DNA of 64,000 nucleotides from Amphiscolops sp. MND2022. Its lineage: Eukaryota. A program made the position numbers and the translations under genes. Position 1 is the first letter of the stretch; every line of letters begins with the position of its first letter. Positions 37,531-51,109 of the stretch are shown here, piece after piece. The notes beneath the pieces were generated by a model. It did not search any database, was not told where the DNA came from, and saw only the letters and a program-made list of their open reading frames with translations. Location: positions 21,392,001 to 21,456,000 of the forward strand of contig OZ076409.1 in the NCBI GenBank assembly GCA_964187785.1, in the 5' to 3' direction.

Positions 37531-38432
37531 CGTAGGGTACAGCCAAGCTTCGCTTTCGTTAGTCAGAGGTAATAAAGATATCAGTGCCGCTGTGCCTATC
37601 GACTATATTAAGACATCTACGTCAGAAATTAATTGGAACATTTGTTCTTTGCCTGCTAGGCTAAATTTAATTCATGTCATTCATTAGATCACGTACGATT
37701 TCAGAAAAACGAACAAAAATATTTTTAGAGCTAAAACAGTCACGTAAGTTTGTGTTTCCCGTTTTTCTTTTTCGATCACAAACTTTTAACGTTTCATGTT
37801 TATTTGATCTTCTTTCTGTATCGTGCGGCGCAATCCGAAGTCTCCATATTTTTTGTTGCGTTTTTTTTCAGTCTAAAAATTAGTCAGAGATAGTTGGTTC
37901 CTGTAATTCACGTGAACGCACGTAGTAATGTAATCTATGGTGCTTATCTAAATTTTTCTTCTAAGCCAGTGTCATCAAAGCCAATGGAAATAAAAAACAG
38001 CGAAAGTTGAATAACCGATATCAAAAAAGCGGAAGAGGTACATGGGAAAAAGACTGTAATACGTAAATGACACTCGTGTTATGTAAAAATTTTGGTCACG
38101 CCCTTTTGTGCCAGTGTTTTTAGCTAGGTGTGTGTGTGTGTGCTAGGCAAAGTGGATGCACTTCATCGCACCCCTTAAAGTTCAAAAGAAATAGACTTGG
38201 CAGTTATACAATTTGACGCTCAAATTGATGCCATTGCGATCAAAATGCGTTTCGTGGAATTTGTATGAATATAATTATAGGGGCCACGCCATATCGTATC
38301 CACATTAACGTCTTTCGAGGCGGATCAGAGCAATAAGATGTTTGCTCTAAAAATTAGACCTATTTTACAACCATTTTTTGAAATGAATACCCATTTATTT
38401 ACTAGACATTAAAATGGCGCCCATTTTATTAA

Positions 38433-38910
38433 TATTTCTGCTTTAGCAGGAATGTTATTGTAACCTCAAAGTTGGTCCTTTTTTTTTTTTCAGTCGTCAA
38501 ATTTCGTCCTACTGAATAATTCAGATATTTTGTTCGGCAGTGAGTGTAAGCGTGGGAAAGCTGCCGACAACAATTCAATTCTAGTGCGATAGAACGAGCG
38601 AGTGGTAATTATCCATTCGTATGCTGACGTCATTGAGATGAAGCGAATGAGTGTTAATTATTCGTTCGTTGAGAGCTTCGCCTGCATTCAAATGCGAATG
38701 CGAAACTTCGTCTACGCTTAGTTATATTTTCTTTAGTCCGAGAAGAATTAAAGGCGGTGTAAACTTGTACAGTGATTAATTGTGCTCTAAGTAATGATTA
38801 AACAGGAGTGTATTGGTATTCCAGATATGATTCTTTTATTAATGATTTTTTGTTTTAAAAAAATAAAGATTAAAGCAGAAATAGTACTGAGCCCCGGAGG
38901 GGCCTATTTT
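38433..38910 (+). mobile_element. Family B Helentron/DINE-like element, complete
   Basis: Perfect 13-bp subTIR TATTTCTGCTTTA/TAAAGCAGAAATA (38433-38445, 38871-38883), 3' hairpin GCCCC-GGA-GGGGC, then a T run. No TSD. Confidence 0.85.
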
Positions 38911-40420
38911 TTCAAAACGTTATTGATCTGACAAACTATGCCCGCGTCAAGAATGTCATTTCAGAACGTGGAAATTGTCTTTATTTCAGAAGACGTTGAT
39001 TACCGCTTATTTACCCACAATATTCTTAACATTGCCAACATAAGCCATCCAACATATAGCTGCATTCAATTAGATATTGAATTACATCGAATAACCTGTT
39101 TTATTCGATGAACAAGATTTTGCGACAACATTGAGCAGCTTTTAGCAATCAAGTGAAAGCTCTATGTCCCAATTTAAACGGAGATGATGGAAAACTCAAA
39201 TCCGGGTTTTTGATCGAAAAATCGTTTTTGAAGACCCTTTTCTGAGGAAATTTCAAATTCAGTGCTTGACCTAATGATAAAGGGATTGATGATTTTTACC
39301 ATGAGATGCAATTTCATGAGTACTTCCGTGAAACCTTCAAAGCATCCAAAAGGCTCCGTCCGCCCGCTTTACGAATTTTTTTTCATTTTCTTCGTATGGC
39401 ATCTCATTTTTCGTGCGAATTGGTAAACTAATTGGGAATTAGTTCTGATTTTTCTGCTTATAGCTCTATCTTTTGAACTAAATTGCCATCAATGTGAAAT
39501 TAAAGGAGTTCTCAAATACCGCCGAGCACCATGGTATTTTGTACGTAACGTAGTTAATGATGTCATGCGCTTTAAGGTGAGATAATTAAGGGATTATTTT
39601 TGAGGGTGGACATAATTTTTGTAATATCAATTATAACTGGCGTGAATCGCATGCCAGCGCCCTCTAATCCCCTCTATTGTTGGCGCTAGCAATGTACAAT
39701 TTAGCAACCCGTCTGAGACCCATTGTTTGCATTGACTGTTTTGTTCACTCAAGATTATTCGATACCACTCTCTTCACGAGAACAAGGGCTGAACTTTCGC
39801 ATATCCATGAACTTTGCATTCAACCTGATAAGTGCAATGTACTATTTATTCTTCACGGGGCATTAGATGATGTCTTCTTGTTTAGTTTAAATTCTTCGTG
39901 CTCTTGTCGCCATTTAATTGTTCCTGACAAATGCAACATCTTGTAAATTAGTCGTCGTCTTAGTCGCTGTCATCTTTGATCAATGTCGGGTCACCAGAAA
40001 ACAAAACCAATGTCAAATTTTTCTATATATTTTTTCAAGGATGTTTCATGAGGACATCCTCATTGATCAGTGTTTATCAAAAAGCGGATTCGTCAATTAG
40101 ATTTCCAGTCAAATTTGGCTACCACATATTGTTCACGTTTCTTTACCTTAAACCAAAACTAGCTTTGTTTTCATTCAATAATTAATATCCGGTTATCTTC
40201 AAGTGCTATAGCTATCCCCTATCTGGATTTGAAACAGTCAGCACTGAATCGACAACTCTTGCCCTCTATTCTTGTCATCTTTCGGCGTGCTTGCCAACTT
40301 TTCTTAACAACCACCTTACCGACGTTTCAGCAACTGCTCTATTTATAATGTTAAACAACCCTGTAATGTTTACTGTTACAATTATAACGGGGAGTTATTG
40401 AAAAGGAATATGTTATAACC

Positions 40421-40747
40421 ATGTCGGATACTACAGGTTCTTCCATATACCCCTCCCCCCGCAGCAGTTTCTCTGACTACCTCATCCCCCAAAGATCTTT
40501 CAGACACTCTGGATCCTCCAAGGGAGGATCGGGCAGCAGAAAAGCTCCCGTTCAGATACCCCTTGTTAAGTACCCTCGCAAGAGGCGACCCAACTCAGCC
40601 AGTAACTTTTCAAAGCGTAATTATTTTATAGTGGAAGAACAACCCTCCGATACAGCAGCATCAACAGCTGAGTCACCAGATGTGTACAGCAATGTGAAAC
40701 CGGGCATGGGGCCTCCGAAGGGATTATCAAACTCTCCTGCCTTTTGA
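40421..40747 (+). CDS. Possible coding exon (Ser-rich, Tyr motifs)
   Basis: GC-richer ORF containing DYLIP and DVYSNV. Candidate phase-1 donor C|GTAATT at about 40617. Confidence 0.4.
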   Translation: MSDTTGSSIYPSPRSSFSDYLIPQRSFRHSGSSKGGSGSRKAPVQIPLVKYPRKRRPNSASNFSKRNYFIVEEQPSDTAASTAESPDVYSNVKPGMGPPKGLSNSPAF

Positions 40748-41362
40748 AGTTTATCATTTTTGAAGCACTCAAAGATGCTCAAATACTCTAGCGCTTTCAT
40801 ATAAATGATACTTCTCGTCGTGAATTTATGAAAATCATTTTACCTCCATTCAGCATGACAGTGAGAGTCAAGAAAGCGTTTTGTTATTCAGCCATTTTTC
40901 CAAGGCAACCTAAGGTTAACTTTTTGAAAAAACAAGCCAAAAAGCTCCTTTCTGTTACCCCCACCACCACCAATTATTTTTGGATGAAACTTTCAAAAGT
41001 TTCAAAGATTTCGAAATGATTGTTCCAGTTAAGATATCTTTAGAGGAAATTAACTCCAATTAAAATTTCGTTTGACAACACTTTTCACTCATTTTGACTG
41101 AATATGCTCGAATTGATTTTGTCAGACCCAAAAACTAAAACGGTTGATTTCTTGGACAAATTCTCGTGAGAAGAAAAAATGTTAACAGAAATAGTGTCTG
41201 AATGATTTAAGAAATATAAAGGAAATATAGAATACAAACTATGGTTTGATTGCAATTTTGGTTGTGATAACTTCAATATTTTAAAAAGTTGGTGGCGAGG
41301 GGCAGAAAAAGAAGAATGTGAAAAATTGGATTCATGTTGACGAGTCATCTTTTAATTGTTAG

Positions 41363-41672
41363 TTTTTACGGTCAAAAACTTGGTTTTTCTCTGGAAATCA
41401 TCAATTTTACCAAACGCTGAACATCTCGTTTAATAAAGAATTCTATAACTACAACCAAATATCGTTTGATAACTCCTGGAATCGATCCGGACAGGAAGAA
41501 GTGCCCTTTCTGAGCAGCTTCAGTCGCAGGAGGAGGGCATCCGCGTCTTCTGATCAGGGCTTGGGCAAACGGGCCGGCAGTCCCTCTGAGTACACTGACG
41601 TCATTCCGTATATGGAACAGTACCGACAGAAAAGTCTCGAGTCGATTCTCCACGACCCTCTACAGAAACTAG
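41363..41672 (+). CDS. Probable coding exon not in the ORF track (...RRRRASASS...SEYTDVIPYMEQYRQKSLESILHDPLQKL)
   Basis: Open frame from a TTGTTAG acceptor-like site to a G|GTTAGT phase-1 donor. The start is uncertain (internal ATG at 41612). Confidence 0.5.
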
Positions 41673-41713
41673 GTTAGTCTTAAATCATCTCACTCAATTT
41701 CCATCCTTTTGCT

Positions 41714-42139
41714 CAGAGTTGGCATGTTTTAAACAGGGGATGTTTAAAACACTGTTTTAAACACTGTTTTTTTGCGTTTTTTTGTATGTTTTTTTCTAAT
41801 GGTTTGCTCAATGTTTGGAATATTTTTGCGCCTCAAAATTATGTCGTAGTAGAGCAGTTGGGGGCGGAAAATACCTCGCTTGTCAGCGGGCGTCTTATTT
41901 TTTGTTTTCAACTGTTGCAAGATGCTGAACTCTTTCGATGCTCAAATTTGTTGAATTTCAACAACAAAAACATCCAAAAACTGTAGAAAAACTGCTCAAA
42001 ATGGTAAATTGTAGGGATAAAATCAGAGTTTTTGGGCATTTTCCTAACACGAAAAAATGATGTTTTAAACATGTTTTAAACGTTTATAAAACGTTTTAAA
42101 CGTTTTTTCTTGTAAAAAAGCACATTTTGACCAACCCTG
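41714..42139. mobile_element. hAT MITE
   Basis: TIR CAGAGTTGG/CCAACCCTG and perfect 8-bp TSD CTTTTGCT (41706-41713, 42140-42147). Confidence 0.9.
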
Positions 42140-42249
42140 CTTTTGCTGGTTATAATTACACTTGCGATAAGCAAGTGTTATGGGAACGTGCGAATTTTTT
42201 TTTTTCCGGGTGACAACTCTCTCATTTCAGACCGCAAGTCGCATAATTC

Positions 42250-42975
42250 AGACTTTTTTGGTCTAGTGGTAAGATGCCTGCTTTTCAACCCAGAGGCTCC
42301 GGGTTCGAACCCCTGCGTATGCGCTAATTTTTTTCAACCCAGAGGGTCCGTGTTCGAACCCCTGCGTATGCGCTATTTTTTTTTAAAAGTAATCCGAAGC
42401 AGAAGCTCACTTTTCCGGCACTGAGACCTGCCTACCCTTTTCGGCTTTGTGAGACTTTTCTCGAAATCTTTTAATGTCCTCAAAGTGTCCTCCTTTCAAT
42501 TTTTTTGATATTTTGCAACAGAACGAAGGTTAAAAAATCCCAAAGGGTCTCTTTCAGATTTTTCGACACTATGAGACTGTTAAAAATTCGCCTTTTTTCG
42601 AAAATTTTTCAAAGTCTCCAAAGGGTCCCTTCAGTTTTTGATATTTTCAAAAACAGAATGGCTGTTAACAAATCTCGAAGAGCCCCCTTTCACAGTTTTC
42701 GGCATTGCGAGATTTTTCAAAATTAGTCGTTTTTGTCTTAAAATTAGGTTTTCTCAGGCCCAGCACTCTATATCCGATCTTTTTTCAAAGACAGGTGTTT
42801 TTTCTATGCGATTTTTTAAAATTGGTTTTCATCGAAGCCCCCCTCAATTTTTACTAGAAACGAAACGTTTTGCGAGCATAAAGGACTACTCAAGGTTTTC
42901 GGCGACTTACCGGAGACCTTCATCAAAAAATTTTTCGAAAAAATTCCTCAATTTTCTGTTTTTTGAAAAGTTTTC
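42250..42975 (+). mobile_element. Family A body with a tRNA-like cassette (B-box segment duplicated)
   Basis: TGGTCTAGTGG...GGTTCGAACCC at 42260-42313, repeated segment at about 42331-42375, CAAAGGGTC subrepeats. Confidence 0.7.
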
Positions 42976-44169
42976 GCAAGTGTTTGCGAAGCACGGCTTC
43001 GCCTCTGTGTTGAATATAGTTCTAACAATGTCTTAATTATCAGAAGCTTTGTAAGCTGCCTACTAAGATTACCGTAGTTTAGAAAAGATTCCCTCGTTAC
43101 CGTAAAAATGGAACGAACAACAGCTAACAAATTTAACACAGTTAACAACCCTGCTTCGAGGCGCCAACCAATTTATTCGTACCAATTTTCCTCTGAGGAC
43201 ACGGTTGAATGATTACAAAATGTTTCACACCACTCTCACCGACCAATTTTAATTTGAAAAAACAGATCGAGCTCTATGCTACAAAGGTAACGTCAAAGAT
43301 TGTTACGGTTTAATATGGTAGACAAAATTATTGTAAAACGTGACTTATTCTACGAACTCTGGGGACAGTTAAAAGATTAAGTCTCGTTCTAGAATAGTTA
43401 GTTTTATCTACCATCTTAAGGTCTAAGGGATTGTAATGACAATTTTCAAGTTTGCTACCAAATATCAATACACGTGATTTTTTTAATGTGAACTTTCTAG
43501 AATTTATGCAATGTGTCCACATTCAGAAAATCGCGATTGTAGGTTGATGAAAAGTCTGCTGTGATGTGCTTCCCTTCAAATTTTCATTTGAAACCATTTT
43601 TTGGCAATGCAAGTATTTCAACCTCGAAAAGAGGTTTTTTGAAATGGAAATGCAATGGGACTTGAGCTTTAGATGTCTAAGGTAACTTTCGAGCGAACAC
43701 TTTTGAAATTGATTTCAATTCCCACCGAGTTTCTAACAACTCAAATTCGTGTTTAATTCGAATCAAACAGTTTAATTCGCATTAATCAGAGAGCGGTAAA
43801 GTATCCTATCAGCCACATTAAAGAAAAAATTCTTTGCCATGCTTTTTTAAAAAACTACTTTCATAGAATTCCATGGCAAAAGTTTTATTCTAAAGTATTT
43901 TATTCTAAAGTATTCAAAGTTGAAACTTGACCAGTCGAAAACGATATAAGTCAGTGTCCGTTTGAATTTTAGAATGAATAAAGGTGAACCTGGTGGAAAA
44001 ACTAATACACAAAATTTAATTTTGAAAACTTAAAAATTACCATCTTATTGGAATTAACTCTCGACATTTTTACTGGAGATTTACCCGATGTGCTATTTTG
44101 CCCTTGCTGTCTAATATTTCTATCACCAGACTTCTTTGAAAAAATTGTAGATACTGAGAAATCTCTCAT

Positions 44170-44476
44170 CAGTCCAACAGGGCCAAAAAGTATTTAAAGA
44201 GATTAAAACTACAAGAATAGAAAAGATTTTGCTTAACAGAAAACCTCAAAAAACAAAGAAATTAGTGAATTTTTTCGGAAAGTTCGAAATTTTCTTCGGT
44301 AATTCGCAGTACCGGTAATTCGCAGAACCTTAGAGACTCGGGACTCTCTAACCGCTAGGCCAAAAGTCGGGAGCAAGTTAGTTATAACATAAAACTCACA
44401 GAAATGTGTCAGTTCGCGGGTATCAAAAAGCCACTACTATAGTCTGCGTTCTCTATCGTCAGCTCCGACTAAAAAT
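44170..44476 (-). mobile_element. Family A fragment with an A-box segment
   Basis: CCGACTAAAAA 5' end, AAAAAGCCACTACTATAGT, minus-strand TGGCCTAGCGG. Confidence 0.6.
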
Positions 44477-44835
44477 TATGGCAGATGATTTCACCCGCTG
44501 AAATACGCAATTTTTGGCGGGAACCTTTTTAAATTTGGACGAAGTGTATATAGTCATCTACGTGAAACCCCACCAAAAAATCGAACGAAGGCCGCTAAAA
44601 TGATCGGATGTGGATTTTTTATAGAAATGGTTTCTCGGATAACTCACAAAAAGCTTCCACAACAAGTTCATACTTTTGAAAATATTTGTTAGCTCTTTTC
44701 TGAAAAACTATGGATTTCTTCATCCAGACAGTGTGCCAAAGAGCTGATTGTTTGGTCATCGAGCAGCCATGAATTTTGCTGAAATTCATGCCGAAGAAAA
44801 TTTTCAAAAATATACAGAACTCTCATAAAAACATG

Positions 44836-46049
44836 CAGGGTTGGCCATGTTTTCAAACAAGTTTTAAAACATGGCGATAAAGAACGTTTTAAAACAGTCA
44901 TAAAAAACAATTGTTCTTTTTTTGCTCAATAATAAAAATTTTTGTGTAATTTTGCATCCGGTTCAAACTTTGATAAGTAAAACTTGCAGGTTTTTGCAGC
45001 TCAATAATTTTTCAGAGAGTAATGGGTCGCAATAAACATGAGATTTGGGCGTTTTTTACTGAGAAAAAGAGCGACGACGGTACAATTAGAGCTGAATGCG
45101 ACAGGAAATAAAAAACGTTTCACGGCCTTCTCTACCAGTGGAAACGCGATGGAATTTTGTACATGAATCAGTGGATTACTTTGCGAACAACTAGTCAAAA
45201 ATTGCCTGTATAATTAACTCTACTTTGAAATTAAATGAAAACGTCTACCGTTTCATGGAAGACATCCAATTCAAACTCGCAGCTAGTGATATCAAACATG
45301 TGCTTGCGCCAATCAATTCTGCTTCAAACAAAATTCAGCGTGACGACTGCTATTTAAGTGAGTGCTTCAAAAGTTGGCATGAATTAAGAGAAGCATTTCC
45401 AGCAGAATTTCAGCAGTTTTTTTGCAAACGAATGGAAATGGCATTCGATGACTGTATGCTGCCTGCAAACCTACTTGACCATCGATTTTGCGCGAGAAAT
45501 ATGATGCCGGTTGAGCTAACACAAGCCAATAATTTCATCAAAGCAATAGAACTTGGCTTAACCCCCAAATAATTTTGTATATGGCGAAAGAATCTCCCTA
45601 TGTACCCGATTTATTTGACGATAATAATCAAGATGTTCGTCCGGCGCCGTGGTGGAAAAGTGGGGCGAAAATCGGATTCTCCGACAAATTGGTTCCTATC
45701 GCCCTTTCTCTTATTACAGCGGTTGGTTCGTCAGCTGGTCTGGAGAGACAGTTCTCGACTTTAGGTATGACATACGGCAAGGTGAGAAATGAAAACAACT
45801 CTTCCATGAAAAAGCGGGACAACTTGCATTTTGCTACCGACAGTTAAACAAAAACAAATAATTGTTGCTTTACCTGTCAATATGTAATAAAAAGTGTAAC
45901 TTTCTTCGGTAAAAATTGATGTTTTTGAAATAAATGTTTTCCCTAGGAAAAATAATAAAAAACAGTAAGAAACTTAAAAAACATGTTTTTTTGCATAAAA
46001 AACTGTTTGTTTGTTTTTTACGATAAAAAACATCAAATCGACGAACCTG
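44836..46049 (+). mobile_element. hAT transposon remnant with C-terminal transposase fragments (45225-45847)
   Basis: ANLLDHRF, WWKS and SSAGLERQFS (hAT dimerisation region). The left end CAGGGTTGG matches the local hAT MITE ends. No TSD found. Confidence 0.75.
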
Positions 46050-47427
46050 TTTTTAGTTCATGTGGAAGGATTTTTAACTTTTGAGTAGAGAAAAATAGAC
46101 CATTGTAAAATTTGCAAAATTGTTGGCTTCGAAAAAAAAAGATTTTCTCCACATTTTGGAATATCTTACAGAAATTTTTCTCGAGGTGTCTCTGTAATGG
46201 CTACTGTTTTTGTTCAATTTAATATAGTGAGAGGTTTGTAACTAGAGTTATATGGTATAGTGAGATGCAACAACGATAGCTGAAAAGCGAAAATAGCGCA
46301 TGACTGTTTTCCTGCCAAAAACGCTCGCTGATAACGACTTCGATAGCAGGTCACACCTTTGATCACAGCTTTACTATGCTTTAAAATATTCTTTTTCCAT
46401 GGACTTACATTCCATCTACGCAGTGTAATTTTTGACGCGTGGATTTGTATTCCTCGTATAACGTTTTCCCATAAAAGACAAATTTGAAATTGAGGCAAGG
46501 GTCTTTTTTCAAACGAGCGACACTTCTGTGATTTCTTGAAGCTGAGAATCACTGTCCAAGTTTAATGTGGGTACATTAGACCGTTAGAAGAAAGAAAGTA
46601 GACTATTATGAAGCAACTGGAAACCAATAAAAGGCGAAGGTGAGATAGAAAGTACAAAGGGTTGTCTCTCAGTAGGTTATTCATGTTACAAGTTCGCAGG
46701 TACTAGAAAAGGAGCTATAAACTACAAAAGCACCATTTTTCAATATACCGTATTTTTTATTATCCTTCAGCTGTTAGAACGCTGGAAAATATCCCACCGG
46801 CGTGTATCTGTTATTGATGTCTGCCATTTTGTCTTTTTTGTTTTGCTGTTGTTCCTCATTTCAACTCCTTGGACTTTCGTTATCAATAACAGTAAAGCTT
46901 TCTAAAGTCTTTTGAAAAACATTGGGAACAGTAACGAAATGGTCAACTTGGAATTTAAAAAATCGTATTTTCAGAATTCTAAATTACGTTTCAAGCTAAA
47001 TTTGCTAGAGCATAACTTCTGACATACTTTTCAAAATGACGAAGTTGATGTGCACCATTTGCAGACGTTGCCGCCACAGTCAATTACTCAAATTACGGTA
47101 GATAATCACTTTTCTCAGCCATATAGAATTATTTTGACATTGAAATTTATTTTCTGACATTTTGAGCAGAGCTGGTGCGGTAAATTATTCTACTTCTGTC
47201 CATGGAAAATTTCCCAGCTCGTTAACTGCTTACTTTTTTGTCGTTATTTCTTTGATAGACTTCATTATCACGAATCGATTTTCCCAAATCCATCAAATAT
47301 AAATAACGACATGCCATTATGTATTCCATTGAAGAAAACCGCCAGCACTACCTTGCAGGTCAGTTCCCAGATTGACTCTTGAAGTTTCAGAGTTCCATAA
47401 TTCTGTAAGGTACTTTATCAAATTCAT

Positions 47428-48190
47428 TTTTGGTCGGTGCCTTTTACTAGTAAAAAGTGCAATACTCTTACAGTGGCAAGCTTTTTTTCATCAGTCACCG
47501 TGAAACGTCCACCTTTATAGATTTTCATAAAATTAAACTAACTTGCTCCACGCCATAGTTTTAATTCATATGCCACTTGGCCCAGTGGTCAACACGGATT
47601 TCCAGGCCTGGAGACGGAACATGGGAAGTAGGAGTATTCGGGGGTTCGAGTCCCACACGAAACCGATTTTTTGTATGTTTGCAGATATAGAGGAAAGAAC
47701 AGAGATTTTTCGGCGCTACGCGAGTTTTTTGAATGTTTTTAACGAGCCCCAGTTTTGCAAGTATAGAGGGCCCCCTTAAAATTTTTCAGTACTATGCGAA
47801 AAGAATCGAAATGAAATTTCCTCATACTTTTTGAGGTTTTCTGTTGAGGAAAACCGTTTTCCAAGTCTTGAGGGTGACATTTTTGGTAATTTTTAGGTCC
47901 TGTTGGACTGATAAATGCTTCGTCAATACCTGTGGAAAAGGAATACTGTTTTTTGGCACTGTGCCTGTTTTTTTTAATAAATTCATTTGTTCAAAGGGTT
48001 TACCCCCTTCACTTTTTCTCAACTTCACCCCGGTTTTCTTAGGGTATCCCCTTGGGTATTTTTTAGCACTGTAAATTTGATAACAATTTTCACAATTAGT
48101 TTCCCTTCGCATATTCAAAACACTTTGCTCTTTTTCAACCTTTTTAATTACTTTTTCGGAATTAATTTTGAATTACTTTTTGCATTACAT
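47428..48190 (+). mobile_element. Family A element (degraded) with a tRNA-like cassette (47578-47655)
   Basis: TTTTTGGTCGGTGC start, CTCTTACAGTGGC, TGGCCCAGTGG...GGTTCGAGTCC. Confidence 0.65.
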
Positions 48191-49639
48191 TTGCAAAATA
48201 ATTTTATCCACAGGTTTCTACAAAGGATTCACTCGAATTTGAGAAAAAAGAGCCACCAAGAACACTATAATTTAGCCTCAGAGGGTCTAGTGATGAATAC
48301 TCCCGTTACTCAAAACACAAAACTATTTGCATACATTTTAAGGGCCTCGTCCTCATGGAACTTGGCTTGCACATCCGGGCTCGGCGGGCGTCGTGTTGAA
48401 TTTTTCTTTTTCATCTGTTCATTTTTTAATCGGCACTTGTATGAAACATGAGCCGACTATTTGAATTCAATCCACTCGAACATACCAAAAAGATCTACAG
48501 TGCGCCTAAGATCTAACGAAGGTCAAAAGGGTACAAATACAAAGGGTCCCCGTTTTTTTTGGACAACTCCCTTCGTTTTTTTTCTGATGTTTCCAACTAA
48601 GGAAAAGGTTTTTGGAGCCCATCCTTCGAACATTCCTTTGGCAGTGTGATATTTTTGAGAGTTTTTTGAATCCACAGGAATTTGACAAAAACCCTCTCTA
48701 AATGTCTAAAAATTATTATGAAGAAATAAAAGGCCAGTTAGCATAGTTACAGTTACAGTGTGCCTTGTGTCCCCAGATGGTCGAGAATTTTTTAAAATTT
48801 TTTGGTATTGAACTATAGTACTGTAGATACCCTTTTCTGGTATGTTTGTGATCCTTACCTTATTTTTGAAGCGGGGCACCGACTTGTGCAATTCCAGGCT
48901 GGTTTTACTAAACTTCTATGTAACTATATGAATATCTTTTATTTTTTCCATTTATTTGTTTTCTTGCTTTCTTTGTAGCAAAAAAGGGACCGTGCGTACT
49001 GTGACTATATGAATGTGATAAGAACGGCCCGCATTGAAATCGTATTAGGCGAATTAGTGAAACCAATTCGGGATGGTAAAACTTGAAATGGGCTAGCGCA
49101 GTAGAAGGTGTGAATGGAAAAGGTTTTTCTGTATCTGGCAAGCTGTGGAATATTGTTACAATTTCGAAGAAGGTCATCTTCCTTATTGCTTCTGCCTCAG
49201 CTCGAGTAGTATTGCAAACCTAGTTCGACATTTTTCAGTGTAGCTGCTGTTGAAACAAATTGTTCAAATTAAATATCTTTTTACTGGTTAATTTCCAGAT
49301 CGTGTCGTTCACACTGAATAAAAACTCGACAAGCAGTGAGTGTTTTAGATGCTTTTCAGGCAAATTCACTGTGAAGCTGATGGTGTTACAACCATTTTAC
49401 GCTCTTTCAGTATCGACGGTTACTGATCTGTGAAAATGATACCCTGCTATAATTTTGACAAATTAATTTATCAGAGGGTAGACTATACCCTGGGTAGTAC
49501 ATATAACAGTACATATAACAGATACATTGAAAGACAAAATGAAAAAAAGTGATCCGAAGCGCTCTGAAAGTGCTTCCTAGAAGTTCAGAAGCTTTCCAAG
49601 AGGAAACCTGGTAATGGGAAAAAACATTTTTTGCCGATG

Positions 49640-50100
49640 TTTAGTCTGCGTATTTCTTTAGAAAAGAGCGACTATAGTACAGACTTTTTATCAGTTTTTT
49701 TCGATATACCTGAACTAGCCAACATATTTCTCCCAAAAGTTGCTCGGTCACTACCACTTTGCCTAGTAGTTAACGCGGATTTCCCGTCCCGGTGGCGAGG
49801 TCCAAGAAGCAGGGGTCCGTGCGTTCGAGTCTCGCACTAAACCAAAATTTTTTAAACGTTTGCAAAAGTAGGGGGTCATCCATTCAGAATTTTCTCGGCA
49901 CTATGCGACATTTAAACTCTTTTTCTCAATTTTCAGCAGAAACCAAACGTTCTGCGAGCATAGATGGCTACTTTTTTGGCACTATGTGATTTACCGAAGT
50001 TGAAAATTAAAAAAAAAGTTTCAAAAAAAATTCGAAAAAAAATTTCATAATTTTTCATTTTAATGAAGTTTCCTGAAAAGGAAACATGTTTCCCGAGTAG
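49640..50100 (+). mobile_element. Family A element (partial) with a tRNA-like cassette (49759-49837)
   Basis: TTTAGTCTGCG...GCGACTATAGT start; TGCCTAGTAG...GTTCGAGTCT. The body is shared with 42860-42940. Confidence 0.65.
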
Positions 50101-51109
50101 TGTTTATGTTCGTGTTAAAGTTAGGTTAGACTGGTAGTAATTAGTTTTTTTCTAAATCGTTGATGAGGTCGACAATTTCTCCATTGCCAGAAATGTCAAG
50201 ATGTGAGACTTGTTGATAAAGCTTTAGTACTTGCTTTTCGTCCATGCCTCATACTATTTCTTCAGAAGATAAAACGCCCTCCCACGTAGAACTTTTTAAA
50301 GTACTAATGCGAGAGTATCTAGAAAATCATTTCAACTGGAGAAGTTCCAAATATTCAGAGTTCTGTTCCTTGTATGTCATTTTTGGGTCCCAATTTTAAG
50401 GAATCACATCTGGTAGAAGGAAATTTTGAATAATTAAAAGATTTGGTATTCGAATACTGTTCCAAGTTTTAATTCTTTGAAATTTTCCTGAACGCTTTTT
50501 TCATGGGAAAGCCTCAATGCTTTTCTGATCAGTTTTTATCTGAAGTATATTTTCTGGGGTTTAGTTTTTGGAGCTGATCCATACGAAAGAATGCCATAAT
50601 GAACTTTCGCTGAAATATGATGAGGTCGAATATTTTGAACTAATTGATTTACGGTTAGTGTTTCTTTAAATTTGTAGTATTACATTATCACTGTGACTTC
50701 GTTTTGCAAAAAGATTGTTAATGTGTGTTTCAAATTTTAACTTTTGTCAAGATACATACCCAATTATTTGTAAATCTCGCAAGAAAGTTTATCATGGTCT
50801 CCAGTTACCAAGTTTGAATGACTTATGGGTCTTTTCTCCAAAACGACATAATCTTTTGTGTAATTACCACACAAAATTTGTTTTCTTTACCACAAAATTA
50901 AAAAGACAGGTAAACGTTTGTTTGTGAACCATACAGAAACGATATACATCAAAAGTTACGTTTCCCCTATCTAATATTTCATTATTTATTGAAGATTCAT
51001 TGAGCACAGATTTTCTAAATTTCGACAACAAATGAATGCCAAAATCGGCTGAGGCAAGAATTCGATGAATTTTCACAGTTTAAATAAAATTGACAGTGTT
51101 CAGGTGTTC

